From: Spirochaetia bacterium
Lineage (GTDB): Bacteria; Spirochaetota; Spirochaetia; DSM-2461
Reading direction: 5' to 3'
Length of the DNA: 64,000 nucleotides
Assembly: GCA_963668315.1 (NCBI GenBank)
Contig: OY764216.1
Coordinates: forward strand, 192,001 to 256,000
The notes beneath the pieces are model-generated. The model was not told the DNA's origin and ran no database searches. It worked only from the letters and a program-made list of their open reading frames with translations. This document shows positions 1 through 8,560 of this stretch, piece after piece (within the stretch, counting starts at the first letter, position 1; each line of letters begins with the position of its first letter). The position numbers were made by a program, and so were the translations under genes.

Positions 1-2
1 AC

Positions 3-1376
3 CAACGGGAGTCATGGTTCGGCGATATTTCCTATGAGGGGCTTCAGAGACGGGGCATCATGTACCGAATTGATCATACCGGATGGTATGTGGGCCTGAC
101 GCAGGAGAATCGAACCGCCGACTGGTCTCTCCGCCATATCCGCAGGATCCTCATCATAAGCAACGGGAGTCTTATCCTGTTCATCACGGCGATCATAATG
201 ATCTTTCTACGGATCAGATTGATCGGCAAGGTAAGGAAACTGGTAGATCTGATCGACCAGGCTTCCGAAGGTCTGCTTATGAACAGAGGACATCAGGAAG
301 GTTCCGACGAGATTTCCCATATGACAGGGAGAATCAACATGCACCTGGACTCGCTCAGCCGTTTCTTTATCAGCCTGGGAGAGAATCTGGAAAATCTGGA
401 GTTCGTGGGCAGCGATCTCGTGTCCAATATGGAAGAGACCGCCGCCTCCCTTATTCAGATAAAAACAAGCGTCAACCATACTCTGGCCAGCATTGAGAAG
501 CAGGAGAACACCCTGGTGTCCACAGCTTCGGCCATTGAGGAATCGGACCGCAACATACAGTCTCTGGAGAAAAACATAGAGAGGCAGCAGGAAAATATTG
601 CCAGGGGCACCTCTGCCGTGGAAGAGATGGTAGCCCAAATCAATACGGTCAAAGACTCCACAGGAGAGGCGAAAAGATTAATGAATGATCTTTCGGCCCA
701 CTCCCTGGAAGGCAAAGAAAGGCTTTCCCATGTTTCGGAAGTTGTCCTTAGCATATCCGGGAAATCCCAGGAGCTGGAAAGAGCCAATGAGCTGATATCC
801 GGAATTGCCGCCCGGACGAATCTGCTGGCCATGAACGCCGCCATTGAAGCCGCCCACGCCGGAGATGCCGGAAGGGGTTTTACTGTAGTGTCCGAAGAGA
901 TCCGCAAGCTGGCCGAGCAGGCTTCCCGGCAGTCGGTTCAGGTAAAAAACGCGATCAGCGATATCAAATCCTCCATAGACGAAGCCGTCAGCAGTTCTGA
1001 AAATTCGAACAGTTCCTTCGGAAAAATAAGAGAGCAGATTATAAATATGGAAAGGATAATCGGAGAAATACGATATACTATGGAAGAGCAGGCCGCGGGG
1101 GGAACCCAGATTCTGGAATCCTTTGTCGAACTCAGGGATTCGGGGATGGAGGTCAACGCCGGCTCCCGGGAGATGGCCGAAGGGAACCGACAAATACTGC
1201 AGGGGGCACGGGAACTGACCTGCGTATGCGGCGATGTGACCATGGCCATGAAAGAGATCGGCGAAGGCATGCATGAGATAAATGCGGCTGTGGAGAATAT
1301 CTCTTCCCTGAGCCACAGGAACAAGGAAAACATCAAGGACGTAAGGGATCATGCATCCCTCTACAAAATATCATAA
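3..1376 (+). CDS. Methyl-accepting chemotaxis protein (5' end probably lies before the window)
   Basis: TM helix, HAMP-like segment and MCP signalling motif [38 protein letters not shown]; the frame is open from position 3. Confidence 0.92.
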   Translation, partial: QRESWFGDISYEGLQRRGIMYRIDHTGWYVGLTQENRTADWSLRHIRRILIISNGSLILFITAIIMIFLRIRLIGKVRKLVDLIDQASEGLLMNRGHQEGSDEISHMTGRINMHLDSLSRFFISLGENLENLEFVGSDLVSNMEETAASLIQIKTSVNHTLASIEKQENTLVSTASAIEESDRNIQSLEKNIERQQENIARGTSAVEEMVAQINTVKDSTGEAKRLMNDLSAHSLEGKERLSHVSEVVLSISGKSQELERANELISGIAARTNLLAMNAAIEAAHAGDAGRGFTVVSEEIRKLAEQASRQSVQVKNAISDIKSSIDEAVSSSENSNSSFGKIREQIINMERIIGEIRYTMEEQAAGGTQILESFVELRDSGMEVNAGSREMAEGNRQILQGARELTCVCGDVTMAMKEIGEGMHEINAAVENISSLSHRNKENIKDVRDHASLYKIS

Positions 1377-1406
1377 GAGGGTTAAATAGGCCTCGTCGGG
1401 GAAATT

Positions 1407-2123
1407 ATGGAAACGATGAAAGACAGGGACCTCCAGAGAGAGGGAAAACTGATCACCGAGGGGGCCTTTCTTTTCGAAAGGCTCCTCGCCTCAAACCTGA
1501 CTATCGAGAATATCTGGTGCTCCCCTGCGGCCCATGAGAAGTACCGCCGGCCGGATCTCCCCTTTACCGTGCTCGATGGGGAGGAGCTCTCCCGTCTGGC
1601 CGGCTACCATTTCCATCGCGGCATCATAGCCCAGGCCAGGGCGCCGGAGCTCCCTCAGCTTCCCGAAAAGTCCCTTCAGGACAGGGGTATCCTGGTCCTG
1701 CCCCGTTTGGGAGACCCGGAAAACCTGGGGGGAATTCTTCGTACGGCTCTGGCCCTGGGAATTAAATCGGTCTTTCTGGGTCCGGGGAATCCCTGGGTGT
1801 TCGGGCGTAAAGCCCTGCGGAGCGCCATGGGAGCTCAGTTTCGTCTGAACCTATACCGATTTGAATCAGCCGGGGAGCTGGCTTTATGGAACGGGGGGAC
1901 CAGAAAGACGATCGCCGCCGCTCTGGACGAAAGGGCTGTCAGCCTGGGGGCCTTAACCCCTCCCGGGAAGTGGCTTCTCCTGATGGGCCACGAAGGACAT
2001 GGACTGGATCGGGAGTATCTGGAACAGGCCGATATCAGGGTGATGATTCCCCAATCCCCGGAAGTGGACAGCCTTAACGTAAACGTGGCGACAGGAATTA
2101 TCCTCAGCCACCTAAGAGAATAA
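1407..2123 (+). CDS. TrmH/SpoU family RNA 2'-O-methyltransferase
   Basis: SPOUT motifs DPENLGGILRTA, MGHEGHGL, IPQSPEVDSLNVNVA. Confidence 0.88.
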   Translation: METMKDRDLQREGKLITEGAFLFERLLASNLTIENIWCSPAAHEKYRRPDLPFTVLDGEELSRLAGYHFHRGIIAQARAPELPQLPEKSLQDRGILVLPRLGDPENLGGILRTALALGIKSVFLGPGNPWVFGRKALRSAMGAQFRLNLYRFESAGELALWNGGTRKTIAAALDERAVSLGALTPPGKWLLLMGHEGHGLDREYLEQADIRVMIPQSPEVDSLNVNVATGIILSHLRE

Positions 2124-2149
2124 AAAACCCGGTCCTTCCGGGCCGGGTT
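2122..2149 (-). terminator. Intrinsic terminator downstream of pheT, between convergent genes
   Basis: Hairpin aacccggtcc-ttcc-gggccgggtt preceded by an A-run on the plus strand (U-tract on the minus strand). Confidence 0.7.
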
Positions 2150-2171
2150 AAAACTAAAATAGTAAATAAGC

Positions 2172-4595
2172 TTACATTTTCAGGGGAAAGCCGCCCTTTT
2201 CCAGAGTGGCCACAACCCTATCCTCCGCCTGTCTCAGGAACTCGGGGGTCAGGGTCTTCTCCCTGTCCAGGAAGGTGGTCCGCAGGGTAACGGCCTTCTG
2301 TTCTTCACTCATCTTGAAAATATCCACGATCTTCACGCTCTCCGCCTCTTTGATCTTCAGCTTCCTCATAACGGCGAGAATATCTCCCGCCGGCGTATGG
2401 GCATCGGCAACGACGGTGCAGTCAAAGTCGCTGGAGGGGAACTTGGGCAGAGGCTGATACCGGGTTTTGTCCTTGATCTCCCTGTCCATGAAGTCGGTGA
2501 TATCGAAAACGGCCACAGCCACATTACCCTTGATCTTGAACTGCCTGGCCATCACGGGGTGAACCGTATTGATAAAACCGCAGTTCTTGCCCATGACCCG
2601 AATATTCAGGAACTCATTGGGATGAACGCCGGGCCAGTCGGCGGGGATGAGAGAGTTGGGAAACTTCTCATCCGCCGGAGTAAACTGGGCGTTCAGATTC
2701 AGATAATTCATCAGAGGCTGCATCACATTCTGAAGGTCCATAAAGGGGGAATCCTTCCTGTCGAAGAACACCACACCGAGCTGGTAGCGGTCCTTGCTGA
2801 ACGCCTTTCCCTCCCCCTCATCATAGGAGCGGGCCAGCTCGAAGAACCGGAAGGAGGAGAAGTTTTTCTGATTCTGGGCGGCCTTTTCCAGAAGACTGGG
2901 CACCATGCTGGGACGCATGCGGCTCAGTTCGGGGGAAAGGGCGTTGACCAGGGTCAGCTTTTCGTTCTTAACCGGCCAGGAGGCCTGTTCCAGAAGCTTC
3001 TCGCCTATCATGGGATAGGTCATGATCTCCAGAGCCCGGCCGTTGAATACCATGAAATCCTGTATCTTCCGCTGCAACAGCTTGGCATCGGAAAGACGGG
3101 TGGTTTCGGCCAGGTTAACCGGAGAGACGGGAGTGATATTGTCGTAGCCGATAACCCGTCCGATCTCCTCGATGATATCCGCCTCGAACTCGATATCCTT
3201 GGTGGCCCGGTAGCTGGGCACTTCCACATTCAGCATATCCCCGTCGACACCCACCTTGAAATCGAGGGATTCCAGGATAGCCACAATCCGCTCAAGGGAG
3301 ACATCCGTTCCCAAAACCCGTGCGATCTTGGAGGCGGAACAGGAAATCCTCAGCTCCGCCGTGGGCTGAATACCGTCTTCCTGCATGGTTCCCACGACAA
3401 CGGCCTCGGGGCAGCTCTCCCTGACCAGCTCGACCAGCCTCAAGATCGTCTGCTCCAGCATATTGGTATCCAGGCACTTCTCATACCTCTGGGATGCATC
3501 GGTACGAAGTCCCAGTCTCACGCTGGTTTTTCTGATATCCGCATCCTGCCAGTTGGCCGATTCGAGGAAGATCTTCGTGGTGGAATCCTTGATGGAACTG
3601 TCCAGGCCGCCCATGATGCCGCCGATACCGGACATACGTTCCTTGTCGCAGACCATGGTGTCCGTGGCGATCATCTTCCGTTCCTGCTCATCCAGGGTCA
3701 CGAAAACACCCTCTTCGCCCATGCGCCGCACGATAATCTCTCCGCCCTTGATGGTGTCCCGGTCGTAGATATGGTTGGGCATGCCCGTTTCGAGCATGAC
3801 GTAGTTGGAAATGTCCACGATATTATTGATAGGCCTCATACCGCAGGCGTTCAGCCGGTCCTGCATCCACTGGGGACTGGGTTTGATCGTGATGTTATCC
3901 ATGGAAATACCCTTGAATCCCAGGCAGCAGGAGTCCTTGTCCACATGAATGGTCACCGGGGGCTTCTCATCGGTATAAAGCGTCTTCAGCCCCGCTTTCC
4001 ACTCGTCGGAAAAAACATTCTTGAGGGGCTTGCCGAATACGGCGGCGAACTCCCGGGCCATGCCGTAGTGTCCCCACAGATCGGGCCGGTGGGTGATGGA
4101 CTTGTTGTCTATGTCAAAGATAATATCGCTCGCGGCTCCCAGATACTCGGCCAGGCTCATGCCCACCGCCGCGTCATCGGAGAGAATCATCAGCCCCTCA
4201 TGGTCGTCGCTCAGGCCCAGCTCGTCCTCGGCGCAGAGCATCCCCTCCGATTCGATGCCCCGGATCTTCTTGGGCACCAGGGTAAAACCGCCGGGAAGAG
4301 TCGTGCCGATGCAGGCGAAGGGAACTTTTTTCCCCACTTCCACGTTGGGAGCGCCGCAGACAACCCGCCTCTCCCCCTCGCCGGTCATAAAGGTGACCAG
4401 ATTCAGCTTATCCGCATCGGGATGCTTCTCAATGGCGGTAATCTCGACAACCTTGACGGCCCGCAGATGCTCGCCGGACGTCTCCACCCCTTCCACCTCG
4501 CAGGTGGCCAGGGTAAAGCGAATGCCCAGTTCCTGGGGGGTAATATCCTCGGGGAGATCCACGTAATCCTTAATCCAATTAATGCTTATATTCAT
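2172..4595 (-). CDS. pheT: Phenylalanine--tRNA ligase beta subunit
   Basis: 807 aa; HPDADKL, VVCGAPNV, SEGMLCAEDEL, B3/B4 domain, FDX-ACB C-terminus; follows pheS. Confidence 0.97.
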   Translation of the reverse strand: MNISINWIKDYVDLPEDITPQELGIRFTLATCEVEGVETSGEHLRAVKVVEITAIEKHPDADKLNLVTFMTGEGERRVVCGAPNVEVGKKVPFACIGTTLPGGFTLVPKKIRGIESEGMLCAEDELGLSDDHEGLMILSDDAAVGMSLAEYLGAASDIIFDIDNKSITHRPDLWGHYGMAREFAAVFGKPLKNVFSDEWKAGLKTLYTDEKPPVTIHVDKDSCCLGFKGISMDNITIKPSPQWMQDRLNACGMRPINNIVDISNYVMLETGMPNHIYDRDTIKGGEIIVRRMGEEGVFVTLDEQERKMIATDTMVCDKERMSGIGGIMGGLDSSIKDSTTKIFLESANWQDADIRKTSVRLGLRTDASQRYEKCLDTNMLEQTILRLVELVRESCPEAVVVGTMQEDGIQPTAELRISCSASKIARVLGTDVSLERIVAILESLDFKVGVDGDMLNVEVPSYRATKDIEFEADIIEEIGRVIGYDNITPVSPVNLAETTRLSDAKLLQRKIQDFMVFNGRALEIMTYPMIGEKLLEQASWPVKNEKLTLVNALSPELSRMRPSMVPSLLEKAAQNQKNFSSFRFFELARSYDEGEGKAFSKDRYQLGVVFFDRKDSPFMDLQNVMQPLMNYLNLNAQFTPADEKFPNSLIPADWPGVHPNEFLNIRVMGKNCGFINTVHPVMARQFKIKGNVAVAVFDITDFMDREIKDKTRYQPLPKFPSSDFDCTVVADAHTPAGDILAVMRKLKIKEAESVKIVDIFKMSEEQKAVTLRTTFLDREKTLTPEFLRQAEDRVVATLEKGGFPLKM

Positions 4596-4606
4596 TTCCT
4601 CTCCCC

Positions 4607-5650
4607 CTAGTACGCCTTGAACTGCTCATAGAACCGCAAATCCCCGCCGTGCAAATGGCGGATATCGTCAATCTGATAACGCATCATGACCAGCCGGTCC
4701 AGCCCCAGCCCGAAGGCGAAACCGTTCCACTCGGCCGGATCGATACCGCCGGCACGCAGGACGTTGGGATGGACCATACCGCAGGGCAGGAGCTCCACCC
4801 ATCCGCTTCCCTTGCACACCTTGCAGCCCTTGCCGCCGCAGATCAGGCACTCGATATCCAGCTCGAAGCCGGGCTCCACAAAGGGGAAAAATCCCGGACG
4901 CAGGCGAATGTTCATATCCTTGTGGAAAACTTCCGAAAGGAGAGTCTTCATAAAGTAAATCAGGTTGGCCACGGAAATATCCTTGCCCACCATCATGCCC
5001 TCCAGCTGGTGGAAAGCCATCTCATGGCTGGCGTCGGTGGCCTCGCAGCGGAAAACCTTTCCCGGGCCCACGAACTTCAAAGGCGGCTCGTTGGCCTCCA
5101 TGCCCCTAATCTGGATACAGGAGGTATGGGTTCTGAGAAGGTGCTCCATGTCGGCGAACCAGAACGTATCCTGCATATCCCGGGCCGGATGGGTGGCGGG
5201 AATATTCAAAGCCTCGAAGTTGTGAAAATCATCCTCGATGTGGGGACCGTCCAGAATATCGAAACCCATGGAAATAAAAATATCCTCGATCTCCCTCTGT
5301 ATAATCGTAACCGGATGGAATCCGGCGGCCTGGAGTCCCTTATCGAGAACATCGTCGGTCAGGGTGATATCCTGCCAGCTTTTCTCCAGCTTGGCGTTCA
5401 CCTCGGCCTTCTCAATTTTGGCCAGCTGCTTCGCCAGGGTATCCAGAATCTCCTGTTTGAACTCGTTCGCCCTGGCGCCCACGCTTTTTCTCACGTCGCC
5501 GCTGGCCTCGCGCATACCCCCCAGGATATCGTTCAGCTTACCCTTTTTCCCCAGATAATCCGCCTTGAACTCGGCCAGACTATTCTGATCCTTCAGGTCC
5601 TCCACGGACTCACGGAATTCTTTCTTCAGTTCTTCCAGCTTCTGCAGCAT
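4607..5650 (-). CDS. pheS: Phenylalanine--tRNA ligase alpha subunit
   Basis: HPARDMQDTF, LLRTHTS, FHQLEG, FPFVEP, GFAFGLGLDRL; RBS GGAGGAG. Confidence 0.97.
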   Translation of the reverse strand: MLQKLEELKKEFRESVEDLKDQNSLAEFKADYLGKKGKLNDILGGMREASGDVRKSVGARANEFKQEILDTLAKQLAKIEKAEVNAKLEKSWQDITLTDDVLDKGLQAAGFHPVTIIQREIEDIFISMGFDILDGPHIEDDFHNFEALNIPATHPARDMQDTFWFADMEHLLRTHTSCIQIRGMEANEPPLKFVGPGKVFRCEATDASHEMAFHQLEGMMVGKDISVANLIYFMKTLLSEVFHKDMNIRLRPGFFPFVEPGFELDIECLICGGKGCKVCKGSGWVELLPCGMVHPNVLRAGGIDPAEWNGFAFGLGLDRLVMMRYQIDDIRHLHGGDLRFYEQFKAY

Positions 5651-5666
5651 GGTCTCCTCCAGACAT

Positions 5667-5721
5667 AAAAAAAGCTCCCCTGAGGGAGCCGCTCGTTCAC
5701 TTTAAAAACAGGACTCCCTCA
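5667..5721 (-). promoter_or_regulatory. pheST transcription attenuator (terminator/antiterminator)
   Basis: Terminator GCTCCC-TCAG-GGGAGC-T7 (5689-5667); competing 10-bp antiterminator TGAGGGAGTC (5721-5712) pairing with GGCTCCCTCA (5690-5681). Confidence 0.85.
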
Positions 5722-5784
5722 TTCACCTTTTCCAAAAAAGAAAAAAGAGATAAAAAAGCTGAAAAAGAAGGCTTTTCCCGTCAT
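5719..5784 (-). CDS. Phe-rich leader peptide MTGKAFFFSFFISFFFFGKGE (PheM analogue)
   Basis: 9 Phe in 21 codons, between a consensus promoter and the attenuator hairpins upstream of pheS. Confidence 0.87.
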   Translation of the reverse strand: MTGKAFFFSFFISFFFFGKGE

Positions 5785-5794
5785 ATTGCTATTC

Positions 5795-5822
5795 ATTATA
5801 GGCAAATATGATTTTGTGTCAA
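5795..5822 (-). promoter_or_regulatory. Sigma70-type promoter of the leader-pheST transcript
   Basis: TTGACA (5822-5817), 16-bp spacer, TATAAT (5800-5795). Confidence 0.75.
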
Positions 5823-5876
5823 TTCCCGCCGGGGATAAGTCACCTATTTTGGCAAACACCGGAACGAAACGTCCCG

Positions 5877-5975
5877 GTCCGGGCTTTCCATGGCTCCGCT
5901 CCCGCTCCGGCCGCCTCCGGCGTCGGCTCCGCCCCATTCCAATCCCTGTTTGTGTCCCGAACAGGGATTGGAGCC
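5877..5975. repeat. GC-rich REP-like intergenic element, copy 1
   Basis: Shares tccgctNNcgctcc and ccgcctccggcg with 30318-30428; ends in hairpin tccaatccctgtt/aacagggattgga. Confidence 0.45.
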
Positions 5976-6010
5976 ACCGCTTTCAGCCATAAAAACAGCC
6001 CGAAAAATTG

Positions 6011-6084
6011 TTCACACCGGTTTCACATTCCTTTCACCGAGAGGGAAAAAAGGATTGACAGTTCATGAAAATGACCTTTAAAAT
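6011..6084 (+). promoter_or_regulatory. Promoter with three 11-bp-spaced TTCAC(A/C) repeats upstream
   Basis: TTCACA 6011, TTCACA 6022, TTCACC 6033; TTGACA 6055-6060, 18-bp spacer, TAAAAT 6079-6084. Confidence 0.5.
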
Positions 6085-6093
6085 GAACGCCTT

Positions 6094-8538
6094 ATGAAAA
6101 ATACACTACTGTTCTTATTGTCAATCACCCTTATATTGACAGGATGTCCCGGACCTAGCGATACCTCATCGCCAGTCATTACTCCCGATCCCCAGGACCC
6201 GGCGAAAACGGGAAACAGCATAACTCTGTTCGAATTCAGACAGACGGACAATTCCTTCCTGGCCGAGGACTACTCCTGTCTTATCGACGATTCGGCCCAC
6301 ACCGTGACCTGTGAGCTGCCCGAGAGCTACTCGGACCACCTGAACTCCCTTATCCCCTATATCGAAATAAGCGACGGAGCCACCATCTCCCCCGCTTCGG
6401 GAACGGCGGCGGACTTTACTTCCTCCCTGGTCTTTACGGTCACTGCCGAAGACGGCACCGCTCAGACCTATACGACTACAGTCACGACCTACAGCGAAGC
6501 GGATCGACAGGACAGCAGCCTGTCCAATATTATTATGTACAAGGAAGGCGGTTTCGACCTGGATATGGACTTCAACACCTCAACCACGATCTACGAAGTC
6601 AACACCACCTCTTCTGTGGAATCGGTTCGTTTTAAATGCACAACAACATCATCCCTGGCCACCGTTAAAGCCTGGAAAGAGGGAGAATCCCCGGAAACCC
6701 CCAATTCCTACGGCTACACCTCTTACTTGAATCTGGACGACGGCCTGAATACCTTCAATATAGAAGTGACATCCTATGACCAGTCGTCCACGACTACCTA
6801 TGTAATAAAAGTAACCAAGGGAGACGATCTAACTGTTTCTGTCGGGGAAGGCTGGACCACGGGACTTCTCACTGACGACGAGGAGCTCACGGAAAACGGT
6901 TTTCTCTGGTACTCCTTTCCCGCCGAAGTGGGCCACTACTATCAGATTGCCGTCGACGGAGACAACGAATCGACCTATTCCGATTGCTGGACTCCGGATA
7001 ACGGCGGCTGGGAAGACTCTTCCGGAAATGGCCCCACCGCCCATCCTTACTATAATGTCTACCGGGAAGACGGGACGACCCTTTACGAGACCCCCGAACA
7101 GGATGAGACGACCATACCCATAGATAGCACAGTTTATTCAGAGTACATGAGCGGAGATTACAAATATTACGTAACCATACAAGCCCTGGATGAAAATGTT
7201 AAGATAAAGATTACTCAGCATGAATCTTCCAATGTCACATATGCCCACACATTCGCCATCCAGGTCAGGGAGCGAACAGACTTCCCCGAACCGATTGAAG
7301 TGAGCGAAGGCGCGTGGTTTGAAACGTCCGTACCGGAAGTGACCGATCTCTGGACCTACTACGATGTGCCAACCTACCACCTCACCATGACGGAGGGTGT
7401 CCGCTACCGCGTCGGCATCGATGACGGGACGAACACCTGGGACGACGACGGCGGCTGGAACACGGCGGGCGTCGGAGTGTCTACAACCCCCACTGCCAGC
7501 CAGGTTAAAATGCAGCTTCTCACGCCCGCAGGAGACAACTACGACTACGAAGAGGGCGATTCCGGATGGGTTGATACGGACAGAAGCGGCACCAGTGAAA
7601 GACGTTTCGCCACCATAACAGCCCTCGATTCGGACGTGTACATGGAGGTCGATCCCAGTTCCTCGGGGACTTTCGCCATTCAGTACAGGCCGGTCGTACT
7701 CTCGGTGACAGCCATCGCCACTTCAACGGAGTGGCTCGATGTGGTTCAGACTGAAACACCAGGCTACTGGGGACAGGAGTGGCATTTTTCCTTTCCCGTC
7801 GAGGCAGGTAAAACCTACCGTATGGCCGTGGACGACCGGGGCGACGATGACGATGTCAACTGGACGGTTGATAAGGGTGGTTCGGCCAATACGGAGGAGA
7901 CCTACCTGGTATACCGCATCCTGAAAAGCGACGGAACCAGTGCTGAGTTCAAAGAGGACTGGAGAGAGGCCTATTATGACGGGAACTGGTACAGAGCGGA
8001 TGAGAGCGATACTATCCCTCCCAGCGATGATCAGAGGCGTTATCTAACCTTCACAGCAGAGGAGACCTCGGTTATGACCATGGAAGTTAAAAATGTCCTC
8101 TATTATGTTTCGGGAACATTCGCCGTGCAACTGAGGGAACTTCCTGAGCCAACAGAAATACCAGTTGACAACGACTGGCACGGACAGACCTTTGCCCAGG
8201 AAGGTGATCCCTGGGATATGGGAAATTACTCAGCCTTCAGCTTTCCATCCACTGCGGGAACGACCTATTACATTTCGGTCGACGGAGCTGCCGGCGGATG
8301 GACTCCGTCCAACGGGGGCATGTCCACTGTGCCTACGGCATATGTATATTATGTGGATGCACCGGGCCCCTATTATACGACTAGAGAAAACTTCAATTCC
8401 AGCAACGATTATTATCTCACAATTGAAGCGGATTCAGATAGGGAAGCTATTTACTTCTGGACCTGGGATTCTACGGGTAATACGGGCCTCACCTATGGAA
8501 TAAGAATAAGCACCACGGAGCCTATTATAGAAGAATAA
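6094..8538 (+). CDS. Large acidic surface lipoprotein: Ig-like/cadherin-like beta-sandwich domains plus four internal repeats
   Basis: Lipobox LILTGC; ATISPASG..DFT..VFTVTAEDGT..TY Ig-like motif; cadherin-like segment; four repeats containing SFP...G..Y.I.VD and W...GG. Confidence 0.7.
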   Translation: MKNTLLFLLSITLILTGCPGPSDTSSPVITPDPQDPAKTGNSITLFEFRQTDNSFLAEDYSCLIDDSAHTVTCELPESYSDHLNSLIPYIEISDGATISPASGTAADFTSSLVFTVTAEDGTAQTYTTTVTTYSEADRQDSSLSNIIMYKEGGFDLDMDFNTSTTIYEVNTTSSVESVRFKCTTTSSLATVKAWKEGESPETPNSYGYTSYLNLDDGLNTFNIEVTSYDQSSTTTYVIKVTKGDDLTVSVGEGWTTGLLTDDEELTENGFLWYSFPAEVGHYYQIAVDGDNESTYSDCWTPDNGGWEDSSGNGPTAHPYYNVYREDGTTLYETPEQDETTIPIDSTVYSEYMSGDYKYYVTIQALDENVKIKITQHESSNVTYAHTFAIQVRERTDFPEPIEVSEGAWFETSVPEVTDLWTYYDVPTYHLTMTEGVRYRVGIDDGTNTWDDDGGWNTAGVGVSTTPTASQVKMQLLTPAGDNYDYEEGDSGWVDTDRSGTSERRFATITALDSDVYMEVDPSSSGTFAIQYRPVVLSVTAIATSTEWLDVVQTETPGYWGQEWHFSFPVEAGKTYRMAVDDRGDDDDVNWTVDKGGSANTEETYLVYRILKSDGTSAEFKEDWREAYYDGNWYRADESDTIPPSDDQRRYLTFTAEETSVMTMEVKNVLYYVSGTFAVQLRELPEPTEIPVDNDWHGQTFAQEGDPWDMGNYSAFSFPSTAGTTYYISVDGAAGGWTPSNGGMSTVPTAYVYYVDAPGPYYTTRENFNSSNDYYLTIEADSDREAIYFWTWDSTGNTGLTYGIRISTTEPIIEE

Positions 8539-8560
8539 TAAGCACCCGCGGCGGGGAGAC

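Noticed and set aside
2397..4610. Long antisense ORFs (737 aa here; also 4649-5668, 12070-13797, 24417-25484, 31856-32977, 44612-45688, 45913-47247, 61015-62031)
   Set aside because: Shadow frames opposite well-supported genes, expected from codon bias; no recognisable motifs.
5651..5830. T-box riboswitch upstream of pheS
   Set aside because: No GGTGGNACC T-box motif or stem I on the coding strand; the leader is short and explained by the Phe peptide attenuator.
5719..5937. 72-aa ORF as given in the track
   Set aside because: Its start lies upstream of the promoter, inside the REP-like element; only the last 21 codons fit the transcript.
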